From contig OX337228.1 in the NCBI GenBank assembly GCA_946965045.2, positions 1,116,001 through 1,180,000 on the forward strand: a stretch of DNA of 64,000 bases, given 5' to 3'. Below the pieces are notes generated by a model. It worked only from the letters and a program-made list of their open reading frames with translations. It searched no databases and was not told the DNA's origin. Below are positions 1 through 9,787 of the stretch, in pieces. Positions within the stretch are counted from its first letter, which is position 1. Each line of letters opens with the position of its first letter. This DNA comes from Epithemia pelagica. Taxonomy: Eukaryota > Protista > Bacillariophyta. Both the position numbers and the translations under genes were made by a program.

Positions 1-6
1 TTTGGT

Positions 7-3000
7 GTGGTCCGAACCATCCGAACACGGGCCTACTACGTTCCAGAGGCGCAGATACGCCTGTTTAGCCCCCAAACCTACTTCCAAGAGCAAGCTAAAG
101 GCGAATTGTTGGTAAATGCCTTTCGTTCTCGATTGACTCTTCACGATGGGAGCGAACTGGAGTTCCCCTTTCATCCCAACAGTAACCTCCCTTTGATGCT
201 CTCTGGACGACAAACCAAGATGGGCCTTGCCTTCGAAGACGTCATGGCCTTATCCAAAGAGTTTGATTGTCGTGGTCTTATGTCAGTGGCGGATGAAACA
301 AATCAGAATGTCACCCAGGCGCAGAGAGAGCTATTGACCTGGCACTGGAAGTTAGGTCACGCTAATTTTGAATGGATCCAGGATTTGTGTCGCGATCCTA
401 AAACGGATCGACGTCGAATTCTCCACACGAAGCATCGACAAGTGTCAAGTTGTCCTGTCAATGGTTTGCGCTGCGCAGCTTGTCAATTGGGCAAACAGAG
501 GCGTCGTGGTGCTAATACCCAACATACGAACACGAAGGATGGTCGTCACATGGTCACTCGGTCAGAAAATCTTCGACCAGGTGACTGCGTTAGCCTTGAC
601 CAGTATGACTCGACGCTAACTGGCCGTCTCCCTCACACAAGAGGAAAGGAACCCAAGAAAGATCAGTACACTGGCGGTACATTGTTTATAGATCATGCTA
701 CAGGATTGATGCATTGTGTACATCAAGTCTCCCTAAACACTGGTGAAACCATCGAAGCCAAACTTCAATTCGAACGGTTTGCACAGGACCATGGAGTTAC
801 AGTCAAATCGTATCTGGCGGATAATGCCCCTTTTGGCAATACCAAGTTTGTGGACGCAGTGAAAAATGCTGGTCAGTCCCTGTCGTTTTCTGGTGTGGGG
901 GCCCATCACCAAAATGGTGTGGCCGAGCGTGGCGTCCGTACGGTAACCTCTTGGGCCCGTACTATGATGTTGCACGCAGTATTGCATTGGCCGGAGCACG
1001 CCCATGACCTAAGTCTATGGCCCTTCGCTCTCAATCATGCTATCTGGTTGTGGAATAATCTTCCCAAGCGAGGTTCCTTTATTGCCCCGCTGGAATTATT
1101 TTCCGGAACAGTTTTCCCTACCTTGGCCCATCTACATAGGATCCATGTTTGGGGTTGCCCAGTGTACGTTTTGGACCCTAAGATCCAAGACGGGAAGAAA
1201 CTTCCCAAGTGGTCGCCTCGTGCCCGTCGAGGGCAATATCTCGGAGTCTCTCCCGACCATTCTAGCACGGTGGGCTTAATTCTCAATATTTCTACCGGCT
1301 ATGTGAGTCCGCAATATCACGTCGTCTACGACGACCTCTTTTCAAGTGTCCCTAACGCCGAAACTGGCGGGGTCCTACAACAAGACATGTTCACAGGGTC
1401 CTTTTGGGACCATCTTGTGGCCTCTGGTCTGGAGCGGATTGACGATGGCGATTTTGACGACGAACAGCCTCAGCCACTACCCCTTCACCACGATTGGCTG
1501 ACCCCTGAGGAAGCCGATGCTCTTCGCCATCAACAAAATGACGCAGCTCGAATCAATCCCTTACCTTTGCCTCCTCCTCCCATCCCTGTTCCAGAGGGAG
1601 CTGCTGCTCCAGAGGAAGCTCTGGTGCCCTTGGCTCCAGAGGGAGATGACGACAGTGAGATTCAAGCGGATGGAGACCCCATTTTCCCTCACCTTTTTCC
1701 TTTGGATCACGTGGAGCCAAATCCACCAGCCGCTCCTCCAGATGACTTGATTCAACCTGTGGTGGATGGAATGTGGGACGGTCCCAACAACTCCACCATC
1801 GACTCTGGAGACGAAATTGTAATCTTCGAGCACGAGGAACAGGATGAGGAAGACCCAGTTCGCGCACAAGAGAAGTCAAGACGTGCGCAACATTTGGAAC
1901 AACCGGACGAGATGCACTTTGGTCGTGGAAAGCGCGCACGCAAACCTAATCCTAAGTACGCCTCGTACTCGCGTGAACGTTGGAAGGAGCACGCGCTCTT
2001 TGGTCATGACGATTATGCGCGACTAAAGGTAAAGCGTGACTGCTTAAACGATTCATTCCTGGCAGGACTTGACTGGGATTCAACCATCCGTGACCTCAAA
2101 TCTACACAGTCAGCGCTGATGAGTCGCATGATGGCCCTGAACACCAACCCTAAGACAGGAACTGTCGAGGCTATGCATCCAATGGTACTGATCACCAAGG
2201 CCGATGCAGCAGATAACCCCAGATGGAATGAAGCCATGAGCGGTCCAGATGCCGCTGGCTTCATGGAGGCATGTAAAAAGGAAATAGACACGCTATTCCG
2301 CCTCATGAAGGCTTGGATAGTCGTCGATCGCCAACCTTGGATGAACGTAATCCCATCTACATGGGCCTTCAAAAGGAAGCGATTCCCTGACGGCTCTGTC
2401 AAGAAACTGAAAGCAAGATTTTGCGCTCGAGGAGACTTTCAAGTGGAAGGAGTGGACTTCTTCGACACCTTTGCCCCAGTGGTAAACTGGACCACAGTCC
2501 GCTTGATGCTCATCCTATCTATTATCCTAAACCTCGCCACAGTGCAGGTAGACTACACCGCGGCATTCCTTCACGCCCCAATTGATCGTGATCCCAAATG
2601 GGACTCAATGACACGTCAAGAGCGTGAAAGAAGCGGTGTCTACGTCGAGATGCCCAGAGGATTTGGACAAGACGGAAAGGTACTAAAACTACAACGATCA
2701 CTGTACGGGCTGAAACAAGCCCCACGGAATTTCTTCCAACATTTCAAAGGGCAGTTGGAACGAGTCGGCTTTGTTGCCCAGGACTCGGTTGATCCCTGCC
2801 TATTTATTTCAGACAAGGTAATAGCGGTAGTCTATGTCGACGACACGCTATTTTACAGTCCCAAAAGAGAGTACATCGATGAAGTACTTGATAAACTCAA
2901 GAAACAAGAGAACGCTGAGCTCGATGTTGAAGACAGCGTGGCTGGATTCTTGGGCGTCCATATCGAGCGTGACGAGACCCAAGGAACAATCAAATTGACC

Positions 3001-3837
3001 CAACAAGGTCTGATTAAGAGAATTCTAACTGCCTTACAAGTTGGTGACTTGGACCGAAGCTGTACCCCAGCTTTATCTAAGCCCCTTGTAGAAGACAAGA
3101 ATGGAGATCCCCCACAAGGTAGATACAACTACGCAAGTGTGATTGGGATGCTTCAGTATTTACAAGCGCACAGTCGCCCCGACATCACCTATGCGGTGAG
3201 TCAATGTGCACGCTTTGCCTTTAGCCCAAAGAGGTCACATGAGCAAGCCGTTGAAAAGATTGGACAGTACCTTAAGCACACGCAAGATAAAGGACTGATC
3301 CTTAAGCCCTCCACGAATCTGGACATCGACTGTTTCGTCGACGCCGATTTCGCTGGTTTGTGGCCCTATGAAGAAAAATTGGATTCGACCTGTGTGAAAA
3401 GTCGCACGGGATTCGCTATCTGTTTGGCCAATTGTCCCATGGTCTGGACAAGCAAATTACAAAGTTCAATTGCCTTGAGCACGATGGAGGCCGAATACAA
3501 CGCATTGAGTGAGTCGTTGAAGTCGGTCCTACCACTACGAGAGCTGTTGACCCACGTTGCAGAAGGAGTTGGGCTCAGCAAAGAATATACAACAACATTT
3601 AAGACGACAGTCTGGGAAGATAACATGGGAGCCTTGACTTTGGCCAACCTAGAACCTGGACGGATCACACCTCGGTCGAAATACTACGCAGTGAAGATGC
3701 ACTGGTTTCGACAACATATTAGCGATCGGTTGCGAGTCGTCAAAGTTGATACGACACAACAGCGCGCCGACATTCTGACCAAAGGTCTCACCCAATCCAC
3801 GTTTGAGCACATTCGGAAGCTCCTCTGTGGATGGTGA
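7..3837 (+). CDS. pol: Copia Pol polyprotein, 5'-partial: protease C-terminal part, GAG-pre-integrase, integrase, RT, RNase H
   Basis: Uninterrupted 1276-aa frame. Motifs: WHWKLGH...CAAC zinc site, DNAPF, HHQNGVAER, GCPVYVLDP...W.PRARRGQYLG, KARFCARGD, LYGLKQAP, VYVDD, FVDADFAG, STMEAEY, ADILTKGL. Confidence 0.96.
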   Translation: MVRTIRTRAYYVPEAQIRLFSPQTYFQEQAKGELLVNAFRSRLTLHDGSELEFPFHPNSNLPLMLSGRQTKMGLAFEDVMALSKEFDCRGLMSVADETNQNVTQAQRELLTWHWKLGHANFEWIQDLCRDPKTDRRRILHTKHRQVSSCPVNGLRCAACQLGKQRRRGANTQHTNTKDGRHMVTRSENLRPGDCVSLDQYDSTLTGRLPHTRGKEPKKDQYTGGTLFIDHATGLMHCVHQVSLNTGETIEAKLQFERFAQDHGVTVKSYLADNAPFGNTKFVDAVKNAGQSLSFSGVGAHHQNGVAERGVRTVTSWARTMMLHAVLHWPEHAHDLSLWPFALNHAIWLWNNLPKRGSFIAPLELFSGTVFPTLAHLHRIHVWGCPVYVLDPKIQDGKKLPKWSPRARRGQYLGVSPDHSSTVGLILNISTGYVSPQYHVVYDDLFSSVPNAETGGVLQQDMFTGSFWDHLVASGLERIDDGDFDDEQPQPLPLHHDWLTPEEADALRHQQNDAARINPLPLPPPPIPVPEGAAAPEEALVPLAPEGDDDSEIQADGDPIFPHLFPLDHVEPNPPAAPPDDLIQPVVDGMWDGPNNSTIDSGDEIVIFEHEEQDEEDPVRAQEKSRRAQHLEQPDEMHFGRGKRARKPNPKYASYSRERWKEHALFGHDDYARLKVKRDCLNDSFLAGLDWDSTIRDLKSTQSALMSRMMALNTNPKTGTVEAMHPMVLITKADAADNPRWNEAMSGPDAAGFMEACKKEIDTLFRLMKAWIVVDRQPWMNVIPSTWAFKRKRFPDGSVKKLKARFCARGDFQVEGVDFFDTFAPVVNWTTVRLMLILSIILNLATVQVDYTAAFLHAPIDRDPKWDSMTRQERERSGVYVEMPRGFGQDGKVLKLQRSLYGLKQAPRNFFQHFKGQLERVGFVAQDSVDPCLFISDKVIAVVYVDDTLFYSPKREYIDEVLDKLKKQENAELDVEDSVAGFLGVHIERDETQGTIKLTQQGLIKRILTALQVGDLDRSCTPALSKPLVEDKNGDPPQGRYNYASVIGMLQYLQAHSRPDITYAVSQCARFAFSPKRSHEQAVEKIGQYLKHTQDKGLILKPSTNLDIDCFVDADFAGLWPYEEKLDSTCVKSRTGFAICLANCPMVWTSKLQSSIALSTMEAEYNALSESLKSVLPLRELLTHVAEGVGLSKEYTTTFKTTVWEDNMGALTLANLEPGRITPRSKYYAVKMHWFRQHISDRLRVVKVDTTQQRADILTKGLTQSTFEHIRKLLCGW

Positions 3838-3907
3838 CCACCAAATCTATTCTCACAATTTACACCTTTAAAGTCCATTATCTCATCCGTGTTCGGCTGA
3901 GAGGGAG

Positions 3908-4219
3908 TGAAAAGGGTGCGACCTAATGGAGACTAGCCTAGAGCTGACTCAAAAGGTCCTACGTCACCTTGCCCAACCAGCCTCACACTTGGACTGACGC
4001 ACTACTTGCATATCTTTTAGGAACGTACGAACTAGTTAACCTTCTATCATAATTTTTCCAATTCATCCCCTTTTCAGCTTGATGCTGTTGTCTGTTGTGT
4101 ACAACCGAGTATCGACTATGCATCATGCTGCCTCCTTGGCCGGAAGTTCTCCTTTGGACGTTTTGACTGGACACCACCTCAGATTTCCAAACAAGCCCCG
4201 AATGACACAAACCTTTTCA
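3908..4219 (+). repeat. 3' LTR of the Copia element (end inferred)
   Basis: Starts TGAAAAGG after the PPT. The inverted complement CCTTTTCA occurs at 4212-4219, with an alternative CCCTTTTCA ending at 4076. The 5' LTR is not in the window, so the end cannot be confirmed. Confidence 0.6.
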
Positions 4220-4650
4220 ACGGGAGCCTCCGAATTGGAAAATATGAATGCCCAGCGGGTAATTGAAAATGAACGTGCACGCTTCTCAATCGGACACCGG
4301 GCGGTGCCACACGACGGCACCGGGCACGTGCGTCAATTGTCGAACACGAAAGTGCCAACATCTGTGACCGAACAACTACCTTCCCAGAGACAATCCACAA
4401 GCACCATGACAAGTTCCTGTCTACATGCTCCTCTTCAACTCTGTCAAGCTCTCTGTCCCGATGCAAAAGGCTGCGGTTATAGTTGTGGATCAATGATATG
4501 GGACAAAGACGTTGCCTACAACACGAGTACACCAGCGCTGCTTGGGACACTGACTGTCTTCCTAACGCGAAAAGGTCGGTGACAGGAAAGAAACGAATCA
4601 TGATTTTGCTCGTTCTGGGTTGGCTCAATGGTAGAAATGCTATGGAACTG

Positions 4651-5138
4651 TTATTGTACCCCCTCGTTGCATTTTGGTCGACATGGATACTTCACAAGCG
4701 TGCTGTTGGATGAGTAGTAGTCGTAGTCGTCACGGGTGCTCTCCACAGACGGGTAAATTGGTGCCATGTCAAGTCTTGGGGTGTGAACAAGCGTGGTATC
4801 GACGTGATTTTGCCACAACAAGGAGGGAGGTGCAGCAAAGGCCGCCAAGGACTGCGAGGCCAAGCACAACATGGACTGCCAGACCAAGCGATTGACACTC
4901 CATCCCAGGCGACTCATTTGCACAAACGGCGATTGCACATCCAAAAAGGGCACCAATAAGGAAGCATCTTCTTGTTGGTTGTCATCGAGTGCGGTGGTGG
5001 TGTTATCAGGGTGGTTGGTTGCGTATAGGCTCGCAAAAAGGCGGCCATAGCCGCCATGCCACCATGACAGGTTGGATGGTCCGGTCCATGACATTCATTC
5101 AAATCTCCACTCAATAAGGTGGCCTTGCTCAACACCAA
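4651..5138 (-). pseudogene. Degraded gene fragment, possibly calcineurin-like phosphoesterase/5'-nucleotidase N-terminal region
   Basis: Frame-broken peptides GDLNECHG...TCHGGMAAMAAFLR and LLWQNHVD weakly recall the ND.H...GG.A and GNHEFD motifs. Confidence 0.25.
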
Positions 5139-5762
5139 ATGAATGCGGCGTTTTTCGTCGTCGTCCTTCGTTGTGGTTGTGGCTGCTGCATAGTGACGTT
5201 ATTGTTTTTGTTATTGTTGGATGGTGGTTGTTGTTGTTGTTCTGATTTGGTGGTACGGACACACAAGGGAGAAACTGTTTCTACCTCTGCGAACAATAGC
5301 TCATGTATAATAATATGATAGCGAGGAAGGAACTGAATTTGCGTCAATCAAATCTCTCGTTGTGGGAGCGGGCCTCGGATCGAGAGGGACGAGAGTGGTG
5401 TAGCACAAAGAAGAAAAACTGTGGATACCCTGTGGTTTGGTTGGGCGAGGGGATCTTTTCCCCAGCAGTGTGTGTGTGTCAAAGATGGTCGTGTCCCCCA
5501 ACGGGACTGTTTGTGTGAAAAGGCACACATCCAAGTGGGATGGAACCCCCAATCGAGGTAGTCCCGTTGGCGTCGTAGAACTGGGTACGGCAATCAAAAA
5601 GTCGCTCAAATAAAGAACCTCTCGCCAGCAGAATTGTGGATCGAGAAATTGGACAAGTGCAATCACCCGCAAAAAACATACCTCTGTCTGTTCTTCGCAC
5701 CATGCCGGGAAAAGGAGGAAAGCGAGACCGCAATCGTCGTGGCACTTCCTCACAAGAGGACA

Positions 5763-5862
5763 AAACACGTCAAAAACGTCTTCACATGGATTCTTTGCAA
5801 GCATCGCACAAAGATGCTTGGTGCGATGCTTTGATCCATGTGAAGACGTTTTCGACGTGTTT
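5763..5862. repeat. 100-bp fold-back inverted repeat
   Basis: 29-bp arms 5763-5791 and 5834-5862 (1 mismatch), plus inner 11-bp arms 5799-5809 and 5821-5831. Confidence 0.95.
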
Positions 5863-5874
5863 CCACCACGTCCC

Positions 5875-6645
5875 GTCGAAGCAGTATACCAAACGGCCGG
5901 ACACGCCGCATCACTGGCCGTTGGGGTCGTTTCGGTTGCAGCGTCCCCGACGTGTGTGGCGTTAGTATTCTCCGAGGTGGATCCCAAGAGTCGTTTGGTT
6001 TCTGTTTGGGTGGCTATTAATGATACACCCATCCGATTCTGTTGGTCGAGTGGCAGACCATGCGAATGTCTCCAGGCTACAAATTGACACCATTGTCCAA
6101 TACTTTGGGCGGTCAAGAGTTGTTCGGCATTTTCGGGAATTTCCGCCACGGCCCGACCATCCTTCTTGTGCGACGACGACACACCGAGCAGTGTGGCGAG
6201 AAATTGCAAGAGTCGATGCTGGGTTTCAATACTCTAGGTCGCCGCCATGGAACATACAATCGTTCGAGGCATTGAATGCACATGACGGCCACGGTCTGAT
6301 TGCGATCCAATTCACACAAGAATCGTCGAAACAAGAGTTCCAGCAATCGCACCGGGTCTTGCCAACTCTGGATAAAGCCATTGCCGGCTTGCAACCATAA
6401 GCGCATGTACACACTGCCCACCTTGACTTTATGATCAAGAGATGGATAGTCCACCTTGAATTGTTGATGATTCCAGGCCACATTCTGTGCGCCCCGTGCC
6501 TCTTGTTGTCGTTCAATGTATTGAATTTCGTGTTCCAAGGCGGCTCGCAATTCTTGTCGGGTCTGTTGGGACCAAATCAAATCGGCCAACGAATGGTCTT
6601 GGGTCAAGACGTGAAAAAAGATGCGAAAATTTTCCAATCGAGGCG
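5875..6645 (-). pseudogene. RME8: Fragment of RME-8/DNAJC13 (GRV2) endosomal trafficking protein
   Basis: QDHSLADLIWSQQTRQELRAALEHEI...AWNHQQFKVDYPSL...KVGSVYMRL matches the RME-8 block DHA.PNLIWN.KTREEL...SWNH.EFEV.Y..L..EIKIGDYYLRL. A deletion/frameshift lies near 6240. Only ~0.8 kb of a very large gene is present. Confidence 0.8.
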
Positions 6646-6989
6646 TGGTTTGGGGGGCATGATGAAACTGGTGCCGTGATGATTCTGGTGGTTGTTTGGA
6701 GCACACACTTGACTTGTCTGATGTACATGATTGCCCTGGAACGCGCATTGGGTCAACAGTCGCCCACCCAATCAAGAGCAACAAGGGTGTACCATTCCAA
6801 TGCCAAGAGTCGTCCATTTTCATAATGGACATGTCCAGCATGGCAAAATCCAATAGTCGGCGTGTGACCCAACCATGCCATGTCGGTTTTTTTTGTTCGA
6901 GCTACCGTATAGCTAGAGAAAGCCATTTGGCTCGAATGTTCCTTAGTCTTGTTCCTCTTCACCGTCTTCTGCAGTTGTGTTGTTGTTGT

Positions 6990-7041
6990 TGTGCCTAGAG
7001 TAGGTGTTAATCTAGTGTGCCTAGAGTAGGTGTTAATCTAG
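6990..7041. repeat. Perfect 26-bp tandem duplication
   Basis: TGTGCCTAGAGTAGGTGTTAATCTAG at 6990-7015 and 7016-7041. Confidence 0.97.
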
Positions 7042-7173
7042 ACTACCATGTGCGTTAGGCCGTTCCTTAAGTGGATGCACACCTGCACACGGGTGGACGG
7101 GGAGAGGTGCAGAGTCTGTCAGCCAGTACGGGGTGTTGTATTCCTGGAAAACAAGGTCGAAATCCGCTAATTT

Positions 7174-8623
7174 TTGAAAAGATTTGTCATTGGTAAAGGA
7201 CCGGTTGGCTCTGCTCAACCTACTGCAAGTCCGACTGGTGAACCAACAGCCAGTCCTACAGCAAGTCCAACGGCCGAGCCAACAAGTTCACCAACGGCCA
7301 ATCCAACGAGCTTACCGACACAACTCACCTACAAAGAAAGTAATAAAGCCACACTCATGTGCAGAACCCGGGGGAGATCCTATATACTGTACCTTTGGGG
7401 AAATTTGTGGAGGCCATCATTCTTTGAACGATCTTCATGACTTGGTTACGTTAGTATTTCTGTATCGGCCCCACAATTGTTCAGAATTTAAGGCAATCGA
7501 CGACCACAGTTGTACCGATAAAATGGACGATCAATGGCTTCCGGACTCAGACAAGACGACAAGAGACAATTTTTCCGTTGAGCAAGGCAATATGACGGGA
7601 TTTTGGCAACAGCAGGGAAGAATTGAGATAGATTTGGATTGTGGTAAATGGACAAAAAAGATCTTGATAATTATTATCAAACATGATGGAAAGGCTGTGC
7701 AAGTTATCACATACAAATTGGATTGTTCTTCTCTTCTGAAAATTGGACTCAAAATCGGATGCTTTGAACTAATCGCAGTGAAAACCCGTGGCTGTTGTAA
7801 GGACCCAACAGATCAGCCTACCATGACACCAACAGGTCCTCCAACAAGCCTTCCGACTTCCACTCCCACAAGTAGCCCAACGAGTGCTCCTACAGCTTTA
7901 CCCACAAGTGAGCCGACTTCCAACCCAACGAAAGATCCCACAGCCACTCCTACATCGGCCCCAACCGATTCACCTACGGCATATCCGACTGATACTCCAA
8001 CAAGTAACCCAACGAGTACTCCTTCAGCATCACCGACAACTGAGCCGACTTCTAACCCAACAGAGGATCCCACAGCTACTCCTACCTCGGCCCCCACCCA
8101 TACGCCGATGGAAACTCCAACTTCTAATCCAACAAGTAACCCAACGAGTACTCCTACAGCATCACCAACAAGTATGCCAACTTCTTCCCCGACGGCTGGC
8201 CCTACATCTACTCCAACCTCCACCCCCACCAGCACACCGACCGGCACACCGACAGCATCTCCCACTGATGTTCCAACAAGTAACCCAACGAGTACTCCTA
8301 CAGCATCACCGACAAGTGAGCCGACCTCTACCCCAACAGAGGATCCCACAGCTCCTCCTAGCTCCTTGCAACCACCCGCAAAAAACATAGCAATCAAAAA
8401 TCACGAGTCCGAGTACCACGATACATCGGGTGCCACCGAGGGCTTTGCTGGCGGTCTCAGTCGGATGAAACTAATGCACTTGTTGATTCGAGCCCAGCTT
8501 CTTATATACAGACGCTTTGAAGGCACTGTGGCCGAAGTAAAATATCCCTCATACGACGTTCTATTGGAATGTATAAATCTCTATTCCATCATTCTGACCA
8601 ACATAGTTTCTAGGAAGAGGTAG
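7174..8623 (+). CDS. Pro/Thr/Ser-repeat (PT-repeat, mucin-like) putative cell-surface protein with a Cys-containing globular domain; spliced or frameshifted, 5' end not found
   Basis: PTASPT/PTSAPT repeats in one frame (7200-7325) and in another frame (7800-8360) flank a non-repetitive domain ending LDCSSLLKIGLKIGCFELIAV. The DNA repeat CCAACAAGTAACCCAACGAGTACTCCT occurs three times. Confidence 0.65.
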
Positions 8624-8698
8624 ATAAGGATCTAGATACTGATGATTGCAAGTGCAATTACTACATTCATCTTTCTATGAATTCATCTTTCTATGAAT

Positions 8699-9365
8699 TT
8701 ACTCATCCCCAAGTTTGCCTCGCTTGAGACGGGCGAGAACGAATTCATCTTCCTGGTATTGCTTGTCATAGTTGCAAAGATTGTGCGCCATACGTTCCAT
8801 CATTGCCGCCACCGGTGCCGCGTCATAATCAACTTTGCGTTCGATAAGCCCCACACAAGTATTGCATACGCCATGCGCTATACCACGGATACCAGCCTTC
8901 TTTTGTTCTTTGAGATTCGCCCCCCAAGAATAGTTGCGTTCCACACGATGCTCGTGATCGACAATGGACTTGTCAATGTGAAACGGCGATGACTTGTCAG
9001 TACCAAAAAGAAAGGGTTCGTTGCAAAGGCTACAACGATTTCCTTGTGCTTCCAAAATCTGATTGCGTTCAACCATCGTAAGACCCCAACTGAAGAAAAA
9101 TGTTGTGAGTGTTGCCTTTTCCAAATTGTAAATCGATCATCTGATTATTGACTTACCCACTGAGAGTTGTACAAAGACCAAAGCAAGAACCAAGCATCCC
9201 CGTGATATTCTTACGATGCACGGGACCGTCGAAGGAATTCTTTTTCTGCTGGCAACAAACACATGTGAATGAAGGAGTAACGAATGCCCGAATTTGGTCA
9301 TCCGTCAAGTTTGGAAATCGGTCCCCTTTCAGGATGAATGCATTGCCTCCAACCAGATAGTCACT
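8699..9365 (-). CDS. Endonuclease VII-family (His-Me finger) nuclease with N-terminal Cys zinc module; predicted exons 9365-9157 and 9089-8699; true start unresolved
   Basis: ILEAQGNRCSLC...VDHEH...IRGIAHGVCNTCVG is the Endo VII signature. A GTAAGT...TTTTTCTTCAG intron (9156-9090) joins in frame an upstream exon encoding CVCCQQKKNSF...CFGLC. Confidence 0.8.
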
Positions 9366-9404
9366 TCAGATCCCATAAAAGGTGTTGGTTCATACAGACA
9401 GTGC

Positions 9405-9511
9405 TAGGTTAGGTTAGGTTAGGTTAGGTTAGGTTAGGTTAGGTTAGGTTAGGTTAGGTTATCAGGTTAGGTTAGGTTAGGTTAGGTTAGGTTAGGTTAG
9501 GTTAGGTTAGG
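9405..9511. repeat. (TTAGG)n telomere-like interstitial array
   Basis: 11 AGGTT units (9406-9460), an ATC interruption, then 9 more units to 9508 plus AGG. Confidence 0.97.
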
Positions 9512-9605
9512 AGGTAGAGAAGTGGTCTGACGTCGTCAGTCAACCGTAACCCTAGTTGAAAATTATTAGGAGTAAGTAAAAGGATAACTTCCTCATAATA
9601 AGAAG

Positions 9606-9627
9606 GACCGGTTGGCTCAATGGTAGA
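9606..9627 (+). pseudogene. 5' fragment (22 nt) of the adjacent tRNA-Arg gene
   Basis: GACCGGTTGGCTCAATGGTAGA is identical to 9716-9737. Confidence 0.9.
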
Positions 9628-9715
9628 TTGATCACATACATAAAATTCTCTGCGTAGCTAAGAAGCCTCAATGATACATTGAAAACATACATAAAATTCT
9701 CTACAAAATAAGAGG

Positions 9716-9787
9716 GACCGGTTGGCTCAATGGTAGAGCATCAGTCTTCGGAACTGAAGGTTGTGGGTTCGAGTCCCACATCGGTCG
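9716..9787 (+). tRNA. trnR-UCG: tRNA-Arg (anticodon TCG)
   Basis: Acceptor stem GACCGGT/ATCGGTC, D-arm GCTCAATGGTAGAGC, anticodon arm TCAGT-CTTCGGA-ACTGA, T-arm GTGGG-TTCGAGT-CCCAC, followed by a downstream T-run. Confidence 0.96.

Larger units (their letters stand above)
1..4219 (+). mobile_element. Ty1/Copia LTR retrotransposon (CoDi-like), 3' portion; the 5' end lies outside the window
   Basis: Pol order is INT-RT-RNase H. PPT GAGAGGGAG at 3899-3907 is followed directly by TGAAAAGG at 3908. Confidence 0.95.

Noticed and set aside
7813-8397. 194-aa Val/Gly-rich ORF on the - strand (and the 7884-8390 alternative frame)
   Set aside because: Shadow of the PT-repeat coding sequence.
9405-9511. 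True chromosome end or CRISPR-like array
   Set aside because: Unique sequence continues on both sides and there are no spacers. No CRISPR array was seen anywhere in the window.
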